Source of the DNA: Plasmodiophora brassicae
Taxonomy: Eukaryota
Length of the DNA: 55,546 nucleotides
Assembly: GCA_036867785.1 (NCBI GenBank)
Contig: CP145423.1
Coordinates: 868,001-923,546 of the forward strand
Direction: 5' to 3'
Below are positions 1-9,853 of the stretch, piece after piece. Both the position numbers and the translations under genes were made by a program. Below the pieces are notes generated by a model. It ran no database searches and was not told where the DNA came from. It was given only the letters and a program-made list of their open reading frames with translations. Each line of letters starts with the position of its first letter. Within the stretch, counting starts at the first letter, position 1.

Positions 1-503
1 GAACTGTAGGATTCGGAATACAATGAAGACGATGATTGCCCCGGATGCGATGACGGTGAATGTAAAGGCGGCGATCATGGAGGGCCGGCGCAGGGCCAAG
101 GACGCCGGGTTCGCTTCAACCGATGGCCCATCGGAAGCCATACAGATAACGTCGTTGCCTGAAACCCCGTCGAGATCATCGACGACAACAACAGCTGGTA
201 CACTCGCCAAGGGGCTTACTTCCGGGATCCAGTATGACCAAGCGATGATCTCCAATGTTGTTCGAAGCAGGCTGGATGGGTTGGCATGGAACACTAAACC
301 GGCGCAACCGTTGACGCGGCAGGCCCTGGTCCAGTCGGCAACGTTAACGGTGACCGTGTTCACTTCGACGACAATGATGCGATTCGATGCGTGTGGGCCG
401 ACCGACGACAGGTGGGCGTCGGCACCGCCAAGCGCAAGGACGGCTGTCGACGAGATGTTGAACGTTGTGTTCTCGAATGCGAACCCATAGCTGGTCACGG
501 AAC
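1..503 (-). pseudogene. Downstream part of a signal-peptide/membrane protein gene interrupted by the LINE; runs off the window edge
   Basis: Minus frame reads (DGNV)RSVTSYGFAFENTTFN...MIAAFTFTVIASGAIIVFIVFRILQF with no stop and ends in a hydrophobic TM-like stretch. It joins in frame with 9528-9444 once the LINE and one TSD copy are removed. Confidence 0.7.
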
Positions 504-1061
504 GAACGTTGCCATCAAAAAACGTTTCAGTGCGCAAATGCCGTGGCGATGATGACGTCGAGCGGAACGCGGTGTGGCGAGGTCGAGCGAGAACGACAAG
601 GGTGCTGCGGCGAGGTAGCGCGGCGCCGGGCCCGTGACCCATGGGGTGCTGAAACAGTAGTGGAAGCCCCCCGTCGCTCCTTCCTGGTGTGGGAAACCGG
701 GTTGCTCGTCGCACGCCGGGTCCATGACCCGGCCGCACCACACGGATTGGGCCGTGCCCGATCTGTCACCCCGACAGTCTGTGGCTGGAGGGGAACCCGG
801 ACGGTCGGTGACCGGAAGGGCCCAGCCAAGGGTAGTAACCCGAGGCTTCACCTGACTTCCCGTGGTCGTCAGGTTAGGGAAAGCGTCTGTGGCGCCTACC
901 CTGCTGGAAGGACAAACAACACACAAACAACCAAAACTACGAAAACCTCAATACCGTACTCCAATACTCCAAACTGCACCCTGAGCACTACATACGGCCC
1001 TACCTCTACCTCCCCTCATCGCACTCAACAAAACGCCATAAATACTCACACTGAAGCACCC

Positions 1062-2206
1062 ATGAGAAAAGGTAAACAGCGAAGTCATCATAAAAATTAC
1101 CAAAACACAGAGCACCCCTGCGCCATATATGACAATGCCCTAACAGCACACAGCCCTCCGCTAGGTGAGCCCGCTGCGGAGTCCGAGGCGCACCCTCCAA
1201 CCCCTACACTGACAGCAGGAGGCGCATACCTTGGCCGGACGATGGACCACGACCCCCGCACTGGTGACAGAATGGAAATTCTCGACACCGAACACGCTGA
1301 ACACCGCTTAGCCACAAAGCGCTCTAGGACGAACGAACCGCTGCCTATGCCTAACGAGCGAAATGTAGCCAGGCCGAAGTGGAAAGCCGCTAAAGCTGGA
1401 ACCGACGTTGCCACCCTTGAGCGCATTTGGAGCACACCTCCAACGAGCACAGATGAAGATGACTACCATGACACGGCTGCAGTCATCCCGCACACCCCGA
1501 CGAGCGCCAAAGGCCTGATAGCTATGCTCCACCAGCGGCTCCCTGGGCTGCAGCACTTCAACCTCACATCGAACATCAGCAAGGGCAAGCGCCCGAACGA
1601 ATTCCTACTACACGGGTTAAAAAAGGGTAAAAACTCAACACATACCCAGCACACCTCGACACATTTACACACCTCTGACCCCCCCATGGTGCAGGCCAAT
1701 ATCGGGCTATACAAGGAGCGGCTCAGGCGATCGGCGCCGAATGCCGCCCGGGCCAATCACACCACAGACAGATTATCATTTACAACTGCTCGGTCCACGA
1801 TATCGATGACATATTGTCGATCGGCTACCCAGGACAGCCGGTGCCCTACAACATCGCACAGACGAACTCCGGAAACCATGCAATTGCCAGCTTCGCGACT
1901 AAGGAGGAAGCGGATACAGTGGCCAAGGCCAAGAAAATCCGAGCGGGAAAGATGCAGTGGCGAATCAAACAATGCCGCTCGAACACTAGCATCGTATGTC
2001 GCACATGCAAGTCCATCGAATGCCGGGACCCAGCCTGCGAGAAACTACGCTGTGGATACGGATGCTCCGCGCCCCATGCCACGAAAAAGTGCCCGCTCAC
2101 GGAGACCGAAAAGCAGAGCAAGCTCACCTTCTGCGTCACCTGCTCAGCTAACACGCACTTCTACACCAGATGCCCCCACCGATCCAAGACAATCAATGAG
2201 TTCTGA
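1062..2206 (+). CDS. LINE ORF1 gag-like protein with Cys/His zinc knuckles, frameshifted around 1620-1690
   Basis: C-terminal frame (open 1679-2206) has CRTC..C...C, CGYGC..PH....C and CVTC...H....C motifs. The N-terminal part lies in another frame, and the shift falls near A and C homopolymer runs. Confidence 0.7.
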
Positions 2207-5200
2207 AGACGTCACCATCCGAAGGCTCCACTCACGCAATAAAACCCAACCAAGCTGCAGCCCGCATGGCACCTGGAACCCCACCCGAGCACTGGATGAG
2301 TTCCCACCCCTTAACAAGAGGTTAGAAGAAGCGCGTGACGCAATATACAGAATCCCCCCACCAGGCAACGGAACCAGGAACAAACATAACGCTAGACAGA
2401 CCTCGATACTGCAGTACATCCAAACTAATGCAGAGCTGAACGACCTCAACCTACAAGAATCAAATTCACAAGACGCTGTCGACCAGAACCGACTAAACGT
2501 CGGACAGTGGAACGCCCGAACACTGACTAAACTCAAAGCTGAACGACTGGCAGAATTCGCGAAACTGAACAAAATCCACATACTATGTATATCTGAACTA
2601 GGCTCTAGAAGGAAAATTGCTCACTTCCCCAACTACGACTACTCGGACCTGAATACTGAGTCGGGAATATTCTGGACAAAGAACATAAACGCAAAACGAA
2701 TCAAAGCGGAGCAATTACAGCAATTTGAAAACAAAAGGATCACAACTCAAATGGTCCTAATCAATGACGAAACGCTACTCATTCACCCCTACATCCCCCC
2801 TGATGTTAAGCAGCGAACACGCAAAGCATACTGGAACGAAATAGAGCGGTTTGTCACAAGTGAAAACAGACCTACAATCATCACAGGTGACCTCAACACA
2901 CGAGACCGCCGACTAGATGCCTCGGTTACAGCACGAAGACCCTACCTAGACCCAATCCTGATTGAGTTCGAAGTCCTGAACGATATCACGCAGCCCACCA
3001 GATACGACCCCGCTAACGAGGAAAAAGGGAGCGTGCTTGACATTGCCATGTGCAATAGTGACGCGCGCGAAAACATCCTTGCATGGAGGCTAGGTCCCGA
3101 CTTGGATAGCGACCACAAAATCACGATTATGGAAACTGCACTAACAATCACCGAACCCGAATCACTTTTCGATGAAAATGACCACAAATCGACAGTTGAC
3201 ATCAACCTTACGACCGAGAACATCACCTTATGGCTTGAATACGAAAACATCGCCGAAGCGAGCCTGAGCAAACTAAGCAGCATAATCAGAAATAGCATTG
3301 CTTATAAAGAAACACCCAGAGAAAACCACAGATTCTGGACTACAGCCCTCCGAGACGCCTGTCGTAGGAAAGAACAGGCGAAAGAAGCATTCCAAAAAGC
3401 GCGACGAGACCAAAAACCTGAGGCCTACATGGAGGCCCTGAAAACAACGCTCCGTAATGAAAGCATTGAAGTATTAAGAGAATACAAAACAGCCAAGGTA
3501 CAACGATACACTGAACTGGCAGAGACAGCGGTTGCTGACTCCACAGGCGCCACGACATGGAAGCTAATAAGAGAGATCAACCCTGAACTTAACAGCAAAC
3601 GAACGCCACGAACAATCAAATCCAAAAGAGCCGGCGAGGAGGCTGAAGAAATAGCAACAAAATTTGCCAGCATCTACGACGATAACGACCTTGAAACGAC
3701 AGAGAAAGAAAGGATGGAACACGACGCATTAATTAAGGCTCTCCAAACAGAGAAAGAAAGCAATAGGCCAACACCTATCACTCGAAGAGAACTTGAAAAA
3801 GCCCTGAAGCGAGCCAAAATTCGTTCCGCCGGAGGAGTAGACGGCATCACAAACGTGCTCCTCAAAAGAGCATGCGAAGATGAAACAACAGCGGAATATA
3901 TCCTGGCAGCCATCAACAACGACATCGTCAAAGATGGAAAATTCCCAGACGACTTAAAAATCGCCAAAGTTCGGCCCCTACCGAAGGCAAAGCCAGGCGA
4001 ATTCCGACCGATAGCCCTCCTGTCGAACTTAGCCAAACTAGTCGAATCGATAATTGAAACCCGATTACGCCACCAAGCCGAAAAACACCTACCACCAAAC
4101 CAGACAGGGGGTAGGGAGGCCCACAACACGTCCCAGGCGCTGATACGCCTACTTCACCATGCGGGGTGCGCGGCAGCTAAAGACAAACAGTTCGCAACCA
4201 TATTCTATGACTTCACAAAAGCATTCGACAGAGTGAAACATGTTAAGCTAATCGAAAAGATGCGAAGGATGCAAATTGACCCCTACCTAATACTAATAAT
4301 CGACGAATGGCTCTCAAACAGGAAATTTGAAGTATCACACCGCGGAACCACGTCCAGGCAACGAAAGCAAACGAGCGGGATCCCACAAGGGTCAAGTCTG
4401 AGTGTACTCCTATGGGCAATATACGTGTATGATGCTCCCCTTGAAGAAGACACTAGCAACATCTACGTTGATGACATCGCCACTTGGGCAACCGGACAAA
4501 CAAAGAAACAGGTGAAACGCATCTTGCGTCGGAAGAACGCAGCCTTAATGAAATGGTGTGAAGACAACCACATCAAAATCAACTGGGACAAAACGGTGAT
4601 ACTTTTCAATGAGTATAACCCAGATGACTGCCTAAAGACGAACAAAACCAGAATTACGACGGCCCCAGAAGTTAAGTACCTGGGAATCACGTTGCGCGCA
4701 AATGAGGAAGACAGAAGCGGGATGATGATGATCGACCTCACAGGCATAGCAGCCAATATCAGGCAAAGGTGCAGAGCAGTCAGGTCACTCCTAAAATACA
4801 ATTTTCCCACCAAGACATACCATCAAATATGCAAAGGATTCATTGGGGGGAAACTAAACTACTACCTGCCGATACTAGGAGCGGAGACTGGAAAAGAAAT
4901 GAAAAGCGTACTTCGACCGTTAGAAATTGCATACAATGAGTACATGAGAGCATATGCTGGTGCGTTCTGCTCTACGCCAACACCTCTGCTGCACGCAATG
5001 ACAGGATTTCCATTACTACGAGATGCCATATGCACAAGTACAACAACGGCGGTACTATCGGCGATTGCTAACGACACCCTATTAGGACAAGAGTACGACA
5101 CATGGGATGGGGAGGGCGATGGCTGGACCCCCCTCGGAATAGTGGAAAAGACCCTCTCTGAAAACATGCCCAGAGCGTACACGGACGTCCACCCGAAAGT

Positions 5201-8200
5201 AAAAATAGACGAGCAGATACTAGAAAACCTCTACCAAGTCCAATTCCACACAAGTTCTAGAGCAGAGGCTATAGAAAAACACCTTGCAGGGGAACTACTA
5301 CCGCAAGAAGCACCAGTAGAAATATGGACTGACGGAAGCCTTACACCGGGAGAAAATGCAGGGGCAGCCGCCCTGTATATTGATAACAGGACCGACCCTC
5401 CTACAGAGGAAGTAAGGGAAACTGCACTTAGCTCCATCATAGTACAATCCAGTTACGAGACAGAACTCATTGCACTAGGATGTGGCCTGGACACAGCTGC
5501 CGAACAAGATGTCAAAGACACCAAAGTACACATATTTTCGGACTCTTTATCGTGGATCAGACAACTACAGGCCCTCCCAACAAGACCTAAAAGGGTTCAT
5601 GACGAGGTGGCAGCCTGCGCAGATAAACTGGCTCAAGTGGTAGCGAACAACAATGAGGTACACGTACACTTCATCCCTAGCCACGTCCCATTACCGAAGG
5701 ACGCGGCAGCTCCGAGCAGCACGCTGGAAAGCGAAATCCAGGACGACACCGAAACACAAAGCGACTGCGGAAACACACAAGACCTGAGCCCAGTGCGGAA
5801 ACAAAACCACAACCGAGAACCACCTGTAAAAAACCGCAAGGACCTATCGGAAGCAGACGGTGAAAAGATGAATGACTGTCCCAACTCGCAACCCCCGTGT
5901 CTTACACTGAAAGAAATCCAATACCAGACACCGCCCTCTCCTACCAACTACGACCACACCGACACGGACAGTAGCAGTGAGCATACAGTACCCGCCTACG
6001 TAGACAAAACCCACCCCATCCAAATAGAGCCCAGAGAGTCCAACGACGCTGATTGCAGCAGCGACGATGACTCAGACTCGGACTCCGCCACCCCCCGCAG
6101 AAGGAAATTCCTGGAAATAGGGCACAGCGAAGAAATCGACAAACTGGCCAAACGGGCGGCCAAGAAAGGTCTATGCGGAGTTGAACACTCCCCATTCATA
6201 TCCTCCTACAAACTCCATTTGAGACGCATGGCAGCCGACCGATTAGAAGATCATCTAAAGAACAACATCAAAGAAAGCAAATGTGTGAGGACTGTCCGGA
6301 ATAAACCGAGAACCCCGCGACGGACTTCGCCAGTCCGTCAAAGCGTTCGTTGCATCAGCTTGCCTGATCGTGACATTTTGACGGACTACCTATCCCACCA
6401 CCCTCCTGTCGATCCCGCCTCGGCATCTCCTGCAGAACGTCAAGGCCTCGGTGGTACCTGGTCGAAGTCCCAGAGTACGTGTCCCGCCGTGCTGTATGCC
6501 TCTCAGGCCACCGGTGTTCCCCTGACCGCTTGCTGTCTCTTCCCGTCCGTCCGTGCCGATCTCGCCTCGGCATCTCCCGCAGAACGTCAAGGCCTCGGTC
6601 GTACCTGGTCCAAGTCCCAGAGTGCGTGTCCCGCCGTGCTGTATGCCTCTCAGGCCACCGGTGTTCCCCTGACCGCTTGCTGTCTCTTCCCGTCCGTCCG
6701 TGCCGATCTCGCCTCGGCATCCCCCGCAGAACGTCAAGGCCTCGGTCGTACCTGGTCCAAGTCCCAGAGTGCGTGTCCCGCCGTGCTGTATGCCTCTCAG
6801 GCCACCGGTGTTCCCCTGACCGCTTGCTGTCTCTTCCCGTCCGTCCGTGCCGATCTCGCCTCGGCATCCCCCGCAGAACGTCAAGGCCTCGGTCGTACCT
6901 GGTCCAAGTCCCAGAGTGCGTGTCCCGCCGTGCTGTATGCCTCTCAGGCCACCGGTGTTCCCCTGACCGCTTGCTGTCTCTTCCCGTCCGTCCGTGCCGA
7001 TCTCGCCTCGGCATCCCCCGCAGAACGTCAAGGCCTCGGTCGTACCTGGTCCAAGTCCCAGAGTGCGTGTCCCGCCGTGCTGTATGCCTCTCAGGCCACA
7101 GGTGTTCCCCTGACCGCTTGCTGTCTCTTCCCGCCCGTCCGTCCGTCCGTGCCGATCTCGCCTCGGCATCCCCCGCAGAACGTCAAGGCCTCGGTCGTAC
7201 CTGGTCCAAGTCCCAGAGTGCGTGTCCCGCCGTGCTGTATGCCTCTCAGGCCACCGGTGTTCCCCTGACCGCTTGCTGTCTCTTCCCGTCCGTCCGTGCC
7301 GATCTCGCCTCGGCATCCCCCGCAGAACGTCAAGGCCTCGGTCGTACCTGGTCCAAGTCCCAGAGTGCGTGTCCCGCCGTGCTGTATGCCTCTCAGGCCA
7401 CCGGTGTTCCCCTGACCGCTTGCTGTCTCTTCCCGTCCGTCCGTGCCGATCTCGCCTCGGCATCCCCCGCAGAACGTCAAGGCCTCGGTCGTACCTGGTC
7501 CAAGTCCCAGAGTGCGTGTCCCGCCGTGCTGTATGCCTCTCAGGCCACAGGTGTTCCCCTGACCGCTTGCTGTCTCTTCCCGCCCGTCCGTCCGTCCGTG
7601 CCGATCTCGCCTCGGCATCCCCCGCAGAACGTCAAGGCCTCGGTCGTACCTGGTCCAAGTCCCAGAGTGCGTGTCCCGCCGTGCTGTATGCCTCTCAGGC
7701 CACCGGTGTTCCCCTGACCGCTTGCTGTCTCTTCCCGCCCGTCCGTCCGTCCGTGCCGATCTCGCCTCGGCATCCCCCGCAGAACGTCAAGGCCTTGGTC
7801 GTACCTGGTCCAAGTCCCAGAGTACGTGTCCCGCCGTGCTGTATGCCTCTCAGGCCACCGGTGTTCCCCTGACCACTTGCTGTCTCTTCCCGTCCGTCCG
7901 TGCCGATCCCGCCTCGGCATCTCCTGCACAACGTCAAGGCCTCGGTCGCAGCTGGTCCAAGTTCCAGAGTGCGCGTGTCCCGCCGTGCTGTTTGCCTCCC
8001 AGGCCGCCGGTGTTTCCCTGACCGCTTGCTGTCTCTACCCGTCCGTCCGTCCGCCAGTGTCGATCCCGCCTCGGCATCTCCTGCACAACGTCAAGGCCTC
8101 GGTTGCGACGTGCTGTCACTAACCAAACCTGTTCGTCCGTCTGCCCGCCCGCCCGTCTCTCCGTCCGTCTGCTAATCCGTCCGTCTGCCCGTTCGTCCGT

Positions 8201-8941
8201 CTGTCCGTCCGTCTGCCCGTTCGTCCGTCTGTCCGTCCGTCTGCCCGTTCGTCCGTCTGTCCGTCCGTCTGCCCGCCCGTCTGCCTGCTCATCGTTCGTC
8301 TGTCCGTCCGTCTGCCCGCCCGTCTCATCCGCCTGTCCGTTCGTCTGTCCGTCCGTCTGCCCGCCCGTCTGCCTGCTCATCCGCCTGTCCGTTCGTCTGC
8401 GACCCATCAGAGGCCATCCGTCTGCCCTTCTATCCCGGACCCGTCAGAGGCCCATCGCTAGAAGGGGACTATTATGTGAGGACTGTCCGGAATAAACCGA
8501 GAACCCCGCGACGGACTTCGCCAGTCCGTCAAAGCGTTCGTTGCATCAGCTTGCCTGATCGTGACAAAATGGGAAGACTATCCCAACCGACAACGATATC
8601 GAGACGACGCAAAAAACATAGCATACGACAGCAGAAAAATCCATACTCACCCCCTGCTGAATCGCGCCCGCTCGGGACACTGCGGCGCACGGCAGCACCT
8701 CTATAACATTAGCCAAGACTTGGCCGGAGAGTCATCTCAATGCCGGCACTGCGGGAACGCAACCGAAACCATCGAGCATCAGATCTTGCACTGCACCGCA
8801 TTGCATCACAAACTACAACAAGAACGCGACGCATACGCGAGACTATGGAAAAACTCCTTCACAGAAGCCCTCTGGAAACATGAAGACGAGATGACTAACA
8901 TTCTCAAGTCGGCAAAGGACAAAAAGTGCCTATACATCTAA
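2196..8941 (+). CDS. LINE ORF2 (APE endonuclease, RT, RNase H, C-terminal CCHC), split by an LTR element at 6284-8566
   Basis: APE: QWNART, LCISE, ITGDLN, LDIAM, SDHK. RT: FRPIALLS, YDFTKAFDRV, GIPQGS, YVDD, KYLGI. RNase H: IWTDGS, ETELIAL, FSDS, FIPSH, EIDKLAK. C-terminus: RSGH...CRHC...ETIEHQILHC. Removing the insertion restores ESK-WEDYPNR in frame. Confidence 0.92.
6284..6375 (+). repeat. 5' LTR (92 bp)
   Basis: TGTGAGG...CGTGACA; contains AATAAA and the hairpin GACGGACT-TCGCC-AGTCCGTC. Confidence 0.92.
6377..6387 (+). promoter_or_regulatory. Putative self-priming primer-binding site
   Basis: TTTGACGGACT lies 1 nt after the 5' LTR and is the exact reverse complement of LTR bases 6332-6342 (AGTCCGTCAAA). 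There is no TGG-type tRNA PBS. Confidence 0.7.
6411..8102. repeat. Tandem satellite, about 11.3 units of 147/155 bp
   Basis: Unit anchor GATC(T/C)CGCCTCGGCATC recurs at 6411, 6558, 6705, 6852, 6999, 7154, 7301, 7448, 7603, 7758, 7905 and 8062. Confidence 0.95.
8130..8430. repeat. Degenerate (CCGT/CTGC/CTGT)n tetranucleotide tract
   Basis: Directly visible simple-sequence tract inside the LTR element. Confidence 0.9.
8475..8566 (+). repeat. 3' LTR (92 bp)
   Basis: Appears identical to 6284-6375. Confidence 0.92.
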
Positions 8942-9410
8942 CAAACACGCCAAGACCACCAACACCACCCAGAACGAAGAACAAATCCGTGCTGATATGC
9001 TACCAACGCGATCTCGCGGTGCAGGTTACCCTGCCCCGCCAAGGCCACAGGGCCTAAATGTTATGGGTGCCCGACAGCCCAGTAAGTGTCGTTTAGGAGT
9101 TTTCTTAGGGGATCACTTGAGCAGGTTGGAAGGCGAAGGGGCGCCTGTAAAACAGGTGACCACCTCCCACGTGGGGGTGGATGTCGTCAGTAGTGTAGCC
9201 AGATCAACCACAGTGAGGAAGATCAAAGTCTACGAACCTATGGGTTGCTCATTGAGCCCTCAGACTCGCCCCGGAGTCGCCAACCTGCGAGATCCCAGCA
9301 CAAAGGTGACAGGCCGGCACTGCCAGGCCGGGAGAAGCTGCCGTTCTGGAAGCGATCCTACGGTCCTCGGACCCGAGACCGAGGCGCCTGCCTGAAAAGC
9401 GCGAAACACA

Positions 9411-9441
<31 letters not shown>

Positions 9442-9443
9442 CT
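9411..9443 (+). repeat. LINE 3' tail: AATAAA plus (AACTA)n
   Basis: aataaactaaactaaactaa... immediately before the right TSD. Confidence 0.9.
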
Positions 9444-9528
9444 GAACGTTGCCATCCGAAGCCGTGATCTTTAACGAGCACGAACCCGATACACCTGCGA
9501 AGCAGACGATGGCCAACAGCAGAACCAT
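9444..9528 (-). pseudogene. 5' end (signal peptide) of the gene interrupted by the LINE
   Basis: MVLLLAIVCFAGVSGSCSLKITASDGNV: a hydrophobic signal-peptide-like N-terminus ending in the TSD. Confidence 0.7.
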
Positions 9529-9853
9529 GCTCGTCTCCCGAACGCCTAGGGTCGACTGGGTACCTCCTAGCCAGAGACCCACCACCACGACCGACCTATG
9601 CGTCATGTGTAGGATCGTCAATATCGAGTTGCTGATCACAGGAAGACGTCTGACCAGTGGCCAGCCTGTTAATGGCCGACTTTGCCGTCCCACCATCAGC
9701 CTCCTACAATTGCGAGCAAGACTGAATTCCATTCCCAGTCATAGCAATTCGTGAAGCAACGCCACCCCGGTCGGACAGCAGCTAATGACGGTTCCTAGGT
9801 TTGCAATACACACAGGTTCTCAATTTGTATATACCCATACCAAACGGAAACAC

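Larger units (their letters stand above)
6284..8566 (+). mobile_element. Non-autonomous LTR retrotransposon (TRIM/LARD-like) with a satellite-filled interior
   Basis: Identical 92-bp TG...CA direct repeats at 6284-6375 and 8475-8566; 5-bp TSD AAATG at 6279-6283 and 8567-8571; purine tract AGAAGGGG just before the 3' LTR; no gag/pol motifs. Confidence 0.92.
517..9443 (+). mobile_element. Full-length non-LTR retrotransposon (I/ingi-group-like: gag ORF1, APE-RT-RNase H-CCHC ORF2)
   Basis: 13-bp TSD GAACGTTGCCATC at 504-516 and 9444-9456; TCAGT near the 5' end; AATAAA plus (AACTA)n tail at 9411-9443; domain motifs listed below. Confidence 0.93.

Noticed and set aside
23-490. 155-aa plus-strand ORF
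   Set aside because: Antisense to the interrupted membrane-protein frame, which is better supported by the signal-peptide join across the TSD.
465-7268. Single 2267-aa protein
   Set aside because: Composite of LINE 5' UTR, part of ORF1, ORF2 and read-through into the inserted LTR element and satellite.
6355-8495. Many repetitive ORFs on both strands; CRISPR-like appearance
   Set aside because: They are translations of a GC-rich 147-bp (multiple of 3) satellite; there are no unique spacers and no cas genes.
9411-9443. (CTAAA)n as an interstitial telomere
   Set aside because: It is a 5-bp unit lacking CCC and lies just inside the TSD, so it is the LINE tail.
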